Of a stretch of DNA of 64,000 nucleotides, positions 25,386 through 38,794 are shown in pieces (the first letter of the stretch is position 1; every line of letters begins with the position of its first letter). The stretch lies in assembly GCA_965112735.1 (NCBI GenBank), contig OZ218960.1, positions 1,922,001 through 1,986,000 of the forward strand, read 5' to 3'. This DNA is from Phaeosaccion multiseriatum (taxonomy: Eukaryota > Protista > Ochrophyta, other classes). The translations under genes and the position numbers were made by a program. The notes below the pieces were generated by a model, which was given only the letters and a program-made list of their open reading frames with translations, searched no databases and had not been told where the DNA came from.

Positions 25386-27331
25386 TCAGAAGTCCAGCAT
25401 CTCCACCACGAGAGCCTGGTAGGCGCCAGGGCCCTCGTTGCGCACATCGACCGTCACGGGCCCTGACACGAACATCCACTTCGCATACTCGCTCAAAGAG
25501 CCCTCAGCGAAGGGGGTGGTCGTTGTTGTTGTTGTTGTTGTTGTTGTTATTGTTGCTGTTGCTGTTGTTGCTCCCTCCTCCTCGACCGCTGCCTCGCCTT
25601 CCGTTGCTGCGGCCACGTTATCCACCAGTGTCGATGTGGCGAGGGCAATAACAATGCCACTGAAGTTCCAGGTGTGCCTTCCCGTGCTCGCACCTGCCGG
25701 CAGATCCAATTGGTACACTCGTGCCTTGTTGGTGGAGTAGGCCTCGTTTAGGGTGTAGCAAGGGGCAGTGAGGGGCTCCTTGGAGCAAAGCGGAGGGGAC
25801 TTGTTCATCTCCATACCGAAGAAACGCGCCTGCCCCTCCGACAGGAGCTTGACTTGGTGGACGTAGGGGTTCTCCTTTGCCATAGCCCACCTGCATCATG
25901 TGTGTGGAGGGAAGGAGAGAAGGAAGGAAGGAAGGAAGGAAGGAAGGAAGGAAGGAAGGAAGGAAGGAAGGAAGGAAGGAAGGAAGGAAGGAAGGAGAGA
26001 AGGAGGGGAGGAAAGAGAGGAGGGCAGGAGGGAAGGAAGGAAGAAAGGAGAAAGGAAGGAAGGAAGGAAGGAAGGAAGGAAGGAAGGAAGGAAGGAAGGA
26101 AGGAAGGAAGGAAGGAAGGAAGGAAGGAAGGAAGGAAGGAAGGAAGGAAGGAAGGAAGGAAGGAAGGAAGGAAGAAAGGAAGGAAGGAAGGAAGGAGTGA
26201 AGGAATGAAGGAAGGAAGGAAGGACGGACGGAAGGAAGGAAAGAAGAGGGGAAGGAAGGAAGGAAGGAAGGAAGGAAGGAAGGAAGGAGGAAGGAGGAAG
26301 GATGGAAGGATGAAAGGAAGGAAGGAAGGAAGGAAGGAAGGAGGGAAGGAAGGAAGGAAGGAAGGAAGGAGGGAAGGAAGGAAGGAAGGAAGGAAGGAAG
26401 GAAGGAGGGAAGGAAGGAAGGAAGGAGGAAGGATGGAGGGAGGGAGGGAAGGAGACGAGGAGCAAACAAAGACCCGGACGGAGTGAGGCCGGAGCGAGGC
26501 GGGACTGAAGCACGAATCAGCCACAGGTGATGGGTCCTTCTTCCCGTCTTCCCACGCTCGGTCCACCCACACGAACCCGGCACGGCACAGACAGAAATGC
26601 ACTCCCTCCTCATGCTCACTTGAATTAAAAGCACAAGATGCACTCCCTCATCACGACTTGACAACAAGACGTAAACCCTCCTCTCGACCCGTAACGACCT
26701 CATCACAAGTACAGCCCCTCACTCACGACCCTTCTCACCATAAGTCGTGCCGCTTCGCGTTATGAACAAACTCGTCCCGGTCCGATGGCCTGTTCAAAGC
26801 CTGCGCTCCATTGTGAAGGCAAATGTACAAGGTGTCTGCCGAATGTCTGTGCCACGAGGTCTCAGCGTCTAGAGACAAGGGAGAGAGAGAGGGGAGGGGG
26901 GGGGGGGGTAAGGGAAGAAGGCCGTGTGGGCTTGGTTACTCCGACGTGAAGGAAAATGTACAGGGTGTCTGCCGAGTGCCTGTGCCAAGAAGTCTCGGCG
27001 TCTACAGATGAGAGAGAGGCGCACGATCTCACAGGTAGATTAAGAAGGTCAAAAACAAGCTATGCAGCAGAGTTATTAACGTGACTGGAGCTGGAGCCCC
27101 CTCCTTCAGCGCTTTGGTCGCTTGGTAAGACGTGACACAACACCTCCGCCCATCCCTCCCCCGGTACTCGACGACGATCTGCACTACGATACCTTTCCCG
27201 CAAAAGCATGCTTCATAGACGTAGACGTACTCGTTCTTCAGTCGCGCCTCGTGCATGGGCTCATTATACACGGAACAGAAGGGGACAGACTCTCCTTTGT
27301 GCGTCGTGATTGTCCCCTCCACCTCCATCAT
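25386..27331 (-). CDS. Cupin-superfamily protein
   Basis: Exons 27193-27331, 26739-26868 and 25386-25890 (phases 1 and 2) give EPMHEARLKNEYVYVYEACF...ETSWHRHSADTLYICL...WWAMAKENPYVHQV...GASTGRHTW...VRNEGPGAYQALVVEML. The HxH motif plus a later His fits a cupin metal site. A duplicate of the start of exon 2 lies at 26940-27001. Confidence 0.75.
25910..26450. repeat. (GAAG)n intronic microsatellite
   Basis: Read directly; reads (CUUC)n on the sense strand before the acceptor at 25891. Confidence 0.95.
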
Positions 27332-27451
27332 CTCTTCCCTTTTGTTAGAGGAAACTGTAGAGAATTTTCCCTTTACTATTAGGCAGACAGATGGCACCTT
27401 GTGGCGCCGAAAGCGCCGCTGTTGGCCGCAAAATCCCCATCTCAGAACGAC
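27332..27451. promoter_or_regulatory. Putative bidirectional promoter, cupin/UTP14 (120 bp between start codons)
   Basis: Divergent ATGs at 27331 (-) and 27452 (+). Confidence 0.55.
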
Positions 27452-28755
27452 ATGGCTCCTCCGAGAGGCCGGGGAGGGGGGAGAGGACGCGGAAGAGGAG
27501 AGAGAGGAGGGAGAAGAACTTCAGGACGAGGTACTTCTCTGCCTGCGGCCCTGGGAGGGGGCTGGGGCAAGGAAGGCAAGCCAGGAGGCCACGGCAAGAG
27601 AAGGCGCAGGGGCGGTCAGGGCCAGGAGGAAACGTATGAGTTCAGCTCTACCACAGGGGCCAGGGGCGGGAAGGGCAAGAGCAAGCGGTGAGTGGAGAAG
27701 AAAGTGTCCCGTTTGCTGGTGGGTCCATCCATCTTGTGTCACTGGTCCAGTTGGCTTTGTTGTCCTCCCCCCTCCCTCTCATCCATTTCGTCAACCTGTG
27801 CCGGGATTCTCTTTCACTTTAACTGCAAGGCAGGAGTGGCAATGATGACGAGGTCAGTGAAGATGATGATAACATCATGGGTGACCCCGACGCCAGCGAC
27901 TACGAGGATGAGGAGGTGGACGAGGACGAGGCGTTCGACAGTGCAGACGAAGATCAATACGGCGATTTGCTTGACACCATCATCGCCAGGCAGGGCAAGG
28001 GGAAGAAGGGAGGGGGGGGGGGAAGTAGCGAAGACGACGAAAACTTCGAAGAGGAGGACGAAGAGGAAGAAGAGGGCGGCGATGTCGCCGAGGAGGCCAA
28101 GGGTAGTGCGGGCCCTGCCGGCGACGAGGGTAGCGAGGAGGACGAGGATGAAGAGAGCGAGGAGGAGGACGACGACGATGACAGTGACAGCGACAGCGAA
28201 GGTGGAAGGGAGGGAGACGAGAAGCTGTTGGACTTTGTGAACTCGATGCCGGACCGCGACGAGCTGCGAAAGGCGCAGCGTGATCGCCTCATTGCCTCCC
28301 AGGCGGCGGAGGAGTCCGAGTTCGGCACGGGAGGAGCAAGCAGCGGCGGCAGCAAACCCGCCCTCTCTGTGGAGGCGCTGCTATCCAAGCTACAGGGCAG
28401 CAAAGGGTTCAGCGGGGTGAAGAAGCGAGTGGAAAGACAACAGGCTTCTGCCAAGCCCGTGGCAGCCCCCGTGGCCAAAGCCATCGCCGCCCGAGGGGAA
28501 CGAGAAGTGGTGTACCAGGAGGCCTCCGTAGGGGTCGATGCCAAGTGGCAGGCCTCGGTGCAGGCCAATCGCAGAGCGGAAACCCTCACCTTTGGCGGCC
28601 GCCTGCCGCAAGACAAGGTCACAGCGGCGTCTCTTGTGGCAAAGTTTGAGCCTTCGTCTGCGTTGGAGAAGGAGGTGCAGGAGTTGTTGGAGAGCGGTGG
28701 GCTGGAGGACGAGCAGCGGGCCGCCATGAGGGAGGAGGAGGAGCTGCTGGAGGTA

Positions 28756-28789
<34 letters not shown>

Positions 28790-31700
28790 TGCGTGTGTGT
28801 GTGTGTGTGTGTGAGTGAGTTTGTGTGAATGCGTCAGTGTGGGCATAGGTGTGGTGCTCGTCTCTGCGCTTGCATCGTCAAAGGGAGTGGTCTCAGCCTT
28901 GCTTGCTGACTGCCCCGTACTGGCGCAAAGAAAGCTCCACACCCTCTCTAATCTCCTCCCTCTGCCGCTCTGCCCCCTGCTGCTCTACCCTCTACTCCTC
29001 CATCCTCTACTCCTCTGCCCTCTGCTGCTCTCCCTCGCTACAATAGGCGCGTCATACCACCCCGGAGGAGGTGGAGGCACGTCGGGCGGAGCTGTCCAAA
29101 ATGAGAGCACTTATGTTCTACCACGAGCAAAAGCGGCATCACATGAACAAGATCAAAAGCAAGCAGTACAGAAAGGTGGGTGGGTGAGCGGATGAGGGGG
29201 GGGGGGGGGTTGGGAGGGAGTTAATCCCTACATTCAAAGTGCAGGCAGTTACGCGAGGGATGCATACCACGGAGGGGCACGTAACGGAAAGAGTGATCTT
29301 GTGATGAAGAGAGTTAGTTGCTTACTTGTCTGGTGACGGCGGGTTGGAACACAGAAGTCTGTATCCGGAGAGAGTATGTGTCCCTCTGTGTGGCGGGGGA
29401 TGTGAAGGTTGATGTTGTTACTTGGCATGGTTGTATCCGAGTTCTTTAGTATTGTGAATCGATCGTTGTGTTACTTTCCTGATATTGTAGACGCTTGTGC
29501 TGGTGCTTGTGTGACCAGAACCATCCACCTCCTCTCGTCATCTTCCCGTGTCCCTCCCGTCACCTTCCCCTCTCCCCCCCCGGCCCATCGTCTTGCCGCA
29601 TCCCGCTTACCCTCCTCCCTCCTCCCTCCTCTCCCCTCCCCTCCCCTGTCCTCTCCCCTCCCCCCTCCCCCCTCCGCTCCCCTTCCTTCTCCACCAGGTC
29701 CGGAAGCGGCAGCGGCAGCGACTCTCTGACAAGGAAGAAGAGGTGGGCACGGAGGCAGATCCGGAGAGAGCCGCCGAGGTAGAGCGGCAGAGGGCGAGAG
29801 AGAGGGCGGAGGAGAGGGTGTCTATGCGACACAAGAACTCAAGCAAATGGGCAAAGCACGCGTTAAAGTACGGACAGACAGGAGCAGGGGGTGCAAACAC
29901 CAAGGCGGCAATCAACGAGCAGTTATTACTGGGCCAAAAGCTGCGGGAAAAGATGGACGCACGGGGGGATGGCGGCGGAGGCGCAGAGTACAGCGACAGC
30001 AGCGACAGTGACGGGGGAAGCGACAGCAATGGGGAGGGGAACGGGGAGGAGAGACTGTCGCGCAAGGACCGGGCTGCCCTGCTGCGGCTCAGTGGAGAAG
30101 GGGGGGAGGGAGGGGAGGAAAAGGGCGGCCTCGGGGCGGCGAAGGGGATCATGAAGATGCAGTTTATGCAAAGGGCCATGGAGAGGCAGCGCGAGGAAGC
30201 CAAAGAGGAGGCGGCAGAGCTGCTTAGAGAGCTCGGAGGAGGGGCGGGGAGTGGAGGAGGAGGGTCTGACGATGAAGGCAGTGAGGAGGAGGACGGTGGC
30301 AGTGATGATGATGATGATGATGATGAGACGCGGGCGAGGAAGCTCGAGGCCAAGGCAGAGGCCAAGAGGGCAGCAAAGGCCGCGGCGCAGGAGAAGAAGA
30401 AGAAGGCGGTTACGGCAGTTTCACACTCCATGTCGAAGGATTCCATGCAGAGTCGCAAAGTGGGCATGGATAGGGCGGTGGTGGGGAGAGTAGCAGGAGC
30501 CATCGCTGTTGACCTGGGGGACGGAGTCGAGGGAGGGGGGGACGGAGGAGGCGAGGGCGAGGAGGGGCGAGATGAAGAGGAGGAGGAGGAGGAGGAGAAG
30601 GAGGGCATGGTGTTGGCGTTGGCGGAGGAGGGAGGCGTGCAAGAGGCGTTCACTCTGCGAGGCACTGAAGACGGGCCGAGGAAAGGGAAAGGGAAGGGGA
30701 AGGGAGGAGATTCCCTTGGGGTGGGGAGCGAGGCGTCGCCAGTTGATGCGCCAGTCGCGGGACAGAAGCCGCAGGAGCAGCAGGAGCAAGGGGAGAGTGT
30801 GCCCTTGACAGGGGAGAACCCGTGGCTGCAGCGAGGGGCAGCCGCGTCGGGTGCCATCCGCGGCCACTCCTCCTCCAAGGGGAGGAAGGGTGGGAAGGGC
30901 GGGAAGGAGGGCCAACAAGTGTTGAGCATGAGCCAAGCCACAGAGAGTCTCGCTTCTATTGCTGCTGTGAATGGGGGCAAAGGGGGGAATGGAACGGGCG
31001 TGAAGAGGGATAGGGGAGCTGAGGGAGGGGGGCAAGAGGAGGGGCGTCATGGGAGTGGCAATGATGGTGATGATGCAGATGGAGGTGAAGAGGAAGGGGG
31101 GCGAGGAGACGGAGAGGGAGAGGGGGAGGGAGGGGGAGAGGATGGCCGACAAGGAGGAGCAAGAAAGCTCGGAGAACTGTCCCAAGAGGAGCTCATCCAA
31201 CGCGCCTTTGCCAACCCCGACGCCGTGGACGACTTTATGAAGGAGAAGGAACATGAAATGGAGCAAGACGCAGCAGCGGCGTCTGCCAAGCGCAAGGGCA
31301 GAGGTCTGTTGGAGCCCACCGTCTCAGCCGGGTGGGGCAGTTGGACCGGGGCAGGGACTCTTCCTCCTCCTCCGGGGGGAAACAGCAAGGGGGCTGCTCG
31401 TGCTCGCAAGAGGCAGCGTCAGGTGCAGGAGGAGAAGGAGAAGGCGGCTTTGGCGGACAAGGAGGCGGCCAAGAGGGCCCGGAGAGATGCGCGTTTGCCA
31501 ACTGTGATTCTGAATGAGAAGAGGCAGAAGAGAAGCGCCAATCTGCGCGTCTCGGCGGTGCCCTACCCTTTCACTTCGAAGGAGCAGTACGAGAGGAGTC
31601 TCCGCCAGCCCTTGGGCAAGGAGTGGAACACAACGCAGAGCTTTGGAGAGCTGACACGGCCTGAGGTGGTGGTCAAGGCCAGTGGGACGGTGGTGCAGCC

Positions 31701-31869
31701 CATCTCACTGGACAAGGGGCAGAAGCGGAGGGCCAGACAGGAAACCGAAGTTCGCCTCGAAAGAGCTCGCAAGGGTCCGAGCAGCAGCAATGGTGCTGGG
31801 GCTGGTGGTGGAAGAGGTGGAGAGAAGGGAAAGGGGGGCAAGAAGAGGGTCGGGAAGGGGAAGCGGTAG
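27452..31869 (+). CDS. UTP14: U3 snoRNA-associated protein 14 (SSU processome)
   Basis: Exons 27452-27687, 27834-28752, 29047-29175, 29698-31869. Utp14 motifs: RRAELSKMRALMFYHEQKRHHMNKIKSKQYRKV, RAEERVSMRHKNSSKWAK, GIMKMQFM, NPWL, GWGSWTG, VPYPF..KEQYERSLRQPLGKEWNT. Confidence 0.93.
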
Positions 31870-32282
31870 CCGGGGATGGAGCGTGCATAACTGAAAAGCA
31901 CACAATAGAAGGGCGTCTGTCACGTAAACCATCATGGCAGTAGAATGAGCTTAAGCAAAGGGTTGAAATAGTGTTGTTTTCTGTTCCATCGTATCCCTTT
32001 TAGTTCAATTCTTACAAGTTAATGGGGGTGGCTGGAAAAGGTCCTTTGTCCACTTTGTGCACACATCTCCTGTTTGTGATGTGTATCGTACGCGCGTTCG
32101 TCAACATGTACCTCTCTGCTGGCGGAAAAGACGCTGATATATTAACCGTACAGTAACTAAACCCTTGTCCATTAACACCGGGAGGTACGATACACTCATT
32201 CATACACATGTACTACACGCCTCCACTGAGACCAACCAGACCCAGGCTGCAGCCAGCAGGGTAAAAGCAGGGTAACATGTCC

Positions 32283-32516
32283 CTACACGCCTCCCAGCAG
32301 ACGCACCAACATGTGCAGGGTGCTCTCCTTCTGAATATTGTAGTCGGACAGCTTGTTGCCGTCCATCAGCTGCTTACCGCCGTAGATTAGCCTCTGCTGA
32401 TGAAAAGGAATTCCTCCCTTGTAGAAGATACCTTCCTTGACTTTGTCGATGGTGTCTGAAGGCTCCACATCCAGCAAAAGGGTCTTGCCCGTGAGGACCT
32501 TGACGAAGATCTGCAT
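32283..32516 (-). CDS. Divergent, intronless single-unit ubiquitin-like protein (77 aa, ends RLLGGV)
   Basis: [77 protein letters not shown] aligns to ubiquitin without gaps but with many substitutions. Confidence 0.85.
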   Translation of the reverse strand: MQIFVKVLTGKTLLLDVEPSDTIDKVKEGIFYKGGIPFHQQRLIYGGKQLMDGNKLSDYNIQKESTLHMLVRLLGGV

Positions 32517-32899
32517 GATGAGAAGATGATACACTCGATAATGAATGCCTTTTCGACGAGGCCACGGAGGGAGAGGGTCTAGTCTGTAGATAAACTTTCC
32601 AAACTGCATGATTGAGACTTGATCCGTAACCACAGCCCGTAGCACCGCTCCACCCTCTCCCTGCCCTCCGCTCCGGGCCTAAGACTCTCCCGAGCCCTTC
32701 TCGTGGGGGAAGTGGCGCCCTCTGCCCCTGCGTGGCGGCAGTGATGCCTCTTGCTTCTGAAAGCACCCACGTCTTCTCTCCTGCTCCTCCCATCGCCTCT
32801 CTCACGTGATCGATCACATGGAATACCAACACGAGGAGGACGAGAACGCCGGACTAGTACACGCGCCTGCTCTGCTCCTCTGCTGCCATCCATCCCCTC

Positions 32900-35891
32900 T
32901 TACGGAGGAAGTGCAGGGGGTTGGTGCACCGCTCGTACCGCTCCCGTGACTGCGACTGACGTTGGCGCGGCGCCTACCCCTGGTGCTCCTGGGCTTCCCC
33001 CTCCCCCCGACGCTGACGCCGCCGCCGCCGCTGCTGCTGCCGCTTGCCGCTGGTGGTGCTGCTGCAGCTGCAGTTGATAATGCTGCTGGAATTGCTGCTG
33101 ATATTGCTGCTGCAACCGGTACTGTCCAGGGGTCATGGCACTGTTCGGCCCGCCGTACCCCGCCGCAATCGCAGCCGCCACCGCCTGCTGCTCAATCGCC
33201 ACTCGCCCCATGGCCACAGCCGCTGCCTGTGCTGCCTCCTGTGCATTGGCCGCTGCTCGCTCGGCCGCTCGTTCCGCCGCCAGCCCCTCGGGCCATCTTA
33301 ATCGTCCTTCGGCGTGGGCCTTTTGCACCACCGCCTCCGCTGCGGCGAAGGCCCGCGCCTTCTTGTGCAGAATGGCGCCACCAGTTGGTGATACAGCAGC
33401 AGCAACACCACCACCACCACCACCATTGGCGGCGCTGGAGGAGGAGGAGGAGGAGGAGGACGCGTCCCTGGGCCTCTTGTTAGACGTGTGCGCAGGCCCA
33501 GCAGAACAAGAGGAAGAAGCCGCGCCCCTTGCAGACACGTGTCGTTGCCTGGTGCTGGTGTTGCTGTCGAGGGGAGGAGAGGGGGAGGAGGAGGAAGGGC
33601 GGCCCGAGCTCTTTTCGGACGCCTCCACCCCTCCCCTGCCACCACCGCCGCCGGCGTTCTCGCTTCTGCGGTTTTTGTCTTGGTCCCCTACCCCACCATT
33701 TCCCTGGTGATGCCCTTGACCCTGTCCTGCTCCCTCTTGCCCGCCCCCCTCACCCCCCCCTTCTTGTTGGTTCTCCTCCCCCTTCCGTTCTAGGGCGAGC
33801 TGCCGTGCGGCTTCCTCTGCTTTCCTTCTTTTGATTGCCGCAGGACCGAAGCGCCTGCGCAACTCCTTAAAAGCCTCGGCAGATGCGTAGGAGAAACCTT
33901 GTGGTGGTGTGGTGACGTGGTGTGTGGTGTGGTGTGGTGTGGTGTGTGTGGTGTTAAAAGGGTAGACGGAGCAAGCGGAGAGAGGAGAGATAGTGGTCAG
34001 GTGAGGGAGGGGAGGGGAGGAAAGGTTTTTCAGTTCATGTGACCGTATTAGTATCGAACAGGAAGGAAAATGAAATTGAAACCCACCTGTGAGCGGATCT
34101 CTGTACTTGGCCTTTTGGCCCGTAATGTGGCACAGCTCAAGAGCGACCTTCTGCGCAGCCTTCTCCTTACTCGCAGCAGACAGGCCCTTCCCACGAAGGA
34201 TCATCGGTACTTGATCAACGTCTTTTGTGTGTGTATGGTCCGTCGGTCAAGCCAGGTCCAGAGGGAAGAGGGAGTTCAAAGGTACGAAGGAGCAGCAGGA
34301 TGAGAAGGAAAATTTTGCTGAGAAAGACAAGAAATGGTATTGAAGTAGGCGGGGCAACCCAATGGTAGAGACAGCGCGTAAATGCCCCTCTGTGTCTCAC
34401 AAACAAACAGAACAAGGAAGCCCGTGCTCACACACTTTATGACTCCGTCCCTCCCACACTCCCCCCCTCCCTCACCAGTGAAGGTGATGGTGTTGTACTG
34501 TCCTCTCCTCGACAGCAGCCTCGACGCGAAGGGCTGATGCTCTCTCGGACCGGCGTCTTCCTTCGAGTCTTCGGCGAGTCTCTTTTGCAGCCACAGCCAG
34601 CGGGCGTTCTCCTGCTCTGTCTTGGTGGCCTCCAGTAGCAGCTGCTCTTGTGTGAAGGAGCACTGTGGAGAAGAGGGAGGCAGGGAGGGAGGGAAGGGGG
34701 GTAGCATTAGCCCGTGTGGACCGAGACCGGAGACAGAGAGAGAGAGAGAGTGAGTGAGTGAGTGAGAGAGAGAGTGAGTGAGTGAGTGAGTGAGTGAGTG
34801 AGAGAGGGAGAGAGGGAGAGAGGTCGACGAAATGGTGCTGACCAGGGCATGTGTAGCTGATAATGCCCCCACTCTGTCCTCCTCCTCCTCCTCCACCCCC
34901 TGGCCCGTACCTTTAATTTGACGACTGGCCGGGCCCTCTTGGCTGCGACCTTCGCTTCGCTCACTCTCACTTTCTCGCTGATCTGTGGCCACAGGAGGGA
35001 AGGGTGGGGGGGACAAGACAAGAGTGAGGGAGGGGACGGGTTGAGCTCGCTGGCCGCACCCTGACATGCTCTGCCCTAAAGGACTTGTTGCAATAACCAC
35101 CGTCCCTCTTGTCTGTAAAGGGACTTGTTGCAGGCAGCAGGCAGCAGGCAGCAGCCAATTTTCAGCAGTAACAACAATAGCAGCAGCAGCAGCAGCCGAC
35201 TCGAGGGCATTACCTTCGACTTCTGCAGAGTACTCGCCCGCACAGCCCTCGCCATGGGTGCGAATCCCTCGGGCTCCGCCGATTGGATGTTGCGGGGAGA
35301 GTGCCGCGAGTAAGCAGACGCAGAGGCGCCCCTGCCCCTGCCCCTGCCTCTACCTCTGCCTCTGCCCCTTCCTCTCCCCCTGCCGCTGCTGCTATCTGCA
35401 ACTGCTGCAGCTGTTGCCTCCACTGCTGCTGCACTCTGGTCTAATGAGCCTGCTGCTGCTGCTGCCGCTGATGATGATGATGATGATGACGCCCCTCTTG
35501 CCGGTGTTCGGCGCGCCGGTGCCGAGGATCCAGGCCGCCGCGTGGGCTCTTTGTAGACGTTCCCAGCTGCCGATGCATTGCGTTTCTTGGAGCGCTCTGC
35601 CTTCCGGACAGCCTTCTCATTGGCGTTGTCCTCTTCGTCGCTGTCGTCGCTCTCATCGTCACCAAAGTCGCTATCGAATTGATCCCTCTCATCGTCCTCC
35701 GAGGAGTACTCGCTATCCGACTCTGCATTCCAAGCCCCCTGTCCCCAGAACTCCTCATCCGCTTCCGCTGCCTCCCCCACCAGCTTGGTAAGGCGGGTGC
35801 CGCGGGACGAACGAGGGTTGAGCTTCACCGCGGTCGCCGCTCCCGCATCCTGCAGCGCCTTCTCCTTTCGCCTCCGGGCGCTGCTCGCCAT
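32900..35891 (-). CDS. VPS72: Vps72/YL1 (SWR1/SRCAP H2A.Z chaperone subunit)
   Basis: Exons 35214-35891, 34911-34982, 34476-34662, 34087-34221, 32900-33897. YL1 N-domain RSSRGTRLTKLV...DEEFW...DQFDSDF; FTQEQLLLEATKTEQEN; YL1-C zinc-finger-like CHITGQKAKYRDPLTGFSYASAEAFKELR. Confidence 0.9.
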
Positions 35892-36219
35892 CGTCTCGCG
35901 CAGCACAGCACCGGGAGTGGAGAAGCCCCTCTCCCTCCCCAAGTCTGTTGCTCTGAGCTTCCCGCAGCAACGTCGTCGCTCCGCCCCCCCCTTGCGGTAG
36001 ATCCTCACCAGTAGGTCAGCCTCAAGAAGAGCTACAGCACGCCCTGCTTCGTCGTATAGTAAAGAGGGGAGGGGAAAAAGATCAATAGTAGAAGGCCAGC
36101 TGTGAGTCTCAACGGATTACCAAACTGTCTAGTTGGTTTTCACATCCTCCGCGTCTTTCTCCACTCCCCCCCTCCCTCCCTCTCTGTAGATCTGGCATAA
36201 GCGGGCCAGAACGACTGCC

Positions 36220-37234
36220 ATGAGTGGTTTCTCTAGCGATAAGTCTGCGCTCTTCGCGGGGGTAGGAAAGGGTGGAGCTGGGGGCTCCACTGCACCTGCT
36301 TCTAAAGGCAACAGAACGGGAGGGAAGACAGGGGGGCTCACAGGAAGGACTGGGGGGCTGACGTCGGGGCTGACTGGGGCAGTCGGAAGTTCAGGTGCTG
36401 ATGCTGCTCTGAAGAAGAAGCTCAAGGCCAAGGAGGGTGAGGAGGCGAGGAAAGCAGGGAACCAGTACCTCACCAAAACGTGGAAGAAATGGTCGGCGGA
36501 CTTCTTTGCAGCCGCTCCCTACTTCGAAGAGGTGAGCGACATCGTGAATCACATCGTCGCTATTCTCAGTAGTGATATCCAAGGTAGTAGCAGCAGCCGC
36601 CGCAGCAGCAGCAGCCGCAACAGCAACAGCCGCTGGGTTTGTTTTCGCATTACTCACGCCGTCTGTCTGTCCTCTCGTCCTGAAGCTTGCCTTGCCTACC
36701 TCGAGGTGGCAGTCCTATCTCACACACAGACAGACACACAGACAGACACACAGACAGACCATCCATGTATGCATACTTTCCTTGGTCCAGCGCCCTCATT
36801 ACCGTGCCGCTGTCCCTCTCTCCGTTCCCCCCCCCCCTCTCCTCCCTCCTCAGGCCGGCAAGTGCTTCCGCGTGGCCGAGCAAACGAGCCTGGCGAGTGA
36901 TATGTTCCGCCAGGCGGGCGACTGCCATGCACAAACCCACAACTACAAGCTCGCTGCCAAGAACCTGCTGGACGCGGCCACCATGGCCCTCCGCGCGGGC
37001 AGGTGAGGGAGACTGTGCGGCTGTGCGACTCAAGCAGGGCCTTCCGTCCAAGACGTAGACCCACTCTCCCATTTAGTTCCTCTTTTCCTTGTCAGAGAAG
37101 CCCCTCCTCTCCTCCTGCCTGCCCCTTAATTGGCTCCTCCTCTGACTGACTGTACTACTTTTCTATACTGCCTCTGATCTCCTTTCCTTCTACTACTGCT
37201 ACTACTACTACTACTACTACTGCTGCTGCTACTT

Positions 37235-37285
<51 letters not shown>

Positions 37286-38583
37286 TTACTATTACAACAA
37301 CTACTCTATTGTGTCACCAATTGCTGCAGAGGCAAGGACGCGGCCGCCATCTACGGTCAGTGCGCAGAGGTCAATTACAACGACAACGACCACGCCAACA
37401 CTGCAGACTGCCTGGCCAAGCAGGTCCGTTTCCGTTACAGTTTCGCTTTATGAGACCCTACCCATACCAGTGAGATCAATATTTCGATCATGCGATCGAC
37501 ATTGAATCAGTTCTATTGAACTGAGCTGAAGCACAGCTCTGGCCCTCACTCTCACTCTCACGCTCACGCTCACCCTCACCCTCACTCTCCTACCCCCCTC
37601 CCCTGTCTCCCGCCTCTCTCCCTCAGGCCGATGTGCTGGTGGAGAACGACTTGGAGGAAGAGGCGAGGAAGGCCTACTTGCGTGCTGTTGACGTCATCGT
37701 CCCTGCAGACGCTGACGTCACTCACGACTTTAGAAGGGTGCGTGCGTGCGTGTGCGCGAGTGCGTGCGTGCAGCGGGGGGAAACGGGCGGGGCATGCACT
37801 CACGCACTATGTACGGTAGCTACCGTACTCGCTCCTTGTGTTCTTACTTAAGCTCTTACGTATGTTGCTTACTTACCCTTACCCTCCTGGCCCGCCTGCG
37901 CGTCGGATGCCTCACCCGCTCTTTTTTGCGTGTATGTGCGTGTGTGTGTGCGTGCGTGCGTATCCGTGTGTGCGTGTGTGTGTGCGTGTGTGCGTGTGTG
38001 TGTGCGTGTGTATGTGCGTGTGAACAGATGGTGAGTGCTACCCCCATCATGGACCGGGTGCTTGCCTTCCTCGTGGAGGGGGAACTGTACGAGGACGCGC
38101 TGAAGGTGGTGCAGCGCTATTGCGTCTTGCTACAGGCACAGCACAGCGAGTACACCAAGGTACGGCGTGTGTGTGCGTGTGTCTGTATGGGTCTATGTCT
38201 TATTCTAGTGGTTTTAACCCTTTTGGTCCTATGAATACTATTGACCCTCGCTCTGGTCTCGCTCTTCCCCCCCTTCTATGTGCGTGTCTCTCTGTGTGTG
38301 TGTGTATGTGTCTGTATCTGTCTGTGTGTCTGTGTGTCTGTGTGTCTGTGTGTGTGTGTGCGTGTCCTTTTACAGCACAAAATGTTCGTGGCGGAAACGG
38401 TGCTCTGCCTGGCCATGGGAGACTTTGTGAGGGCCGATGGACTCTTCCGCGACAAGCACCTGCAAGACACCAGATATCTGCACTCCAAGGTACGAAAGTA
38501 AGCGCATATGTCCTGACACCTGACCCTCCAAGACCAGGCTGCTTTGGCCCTTTTCTCGCCTACACCAGACTGCTCTACCCTGA

Positions 38584-38615
<32 letters not shown>

Positions 38616-38757
38616 CATCACTCACCCTTCCCCATACCCTCACCCTCACCCTTCACCCTTACCCTCACCATCACCCTCTCCCTCACCCTCTCCCTCTCCC
38701 TCACTATCACTCTTCACCCTGACCCTTCGCCCTTACCCTTATCCTTACCCTCACCAT

Positions 38758-38794
<37 letters not shown>

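Noticed and set aside
32283-32516. NEDD8/RUB1 call for the ubiquitin-like gene
   Set aside because: It has R72 and the ubiquitin-type MQIFVK...QKESTLH sequence, whereas NEDD8 has A72.
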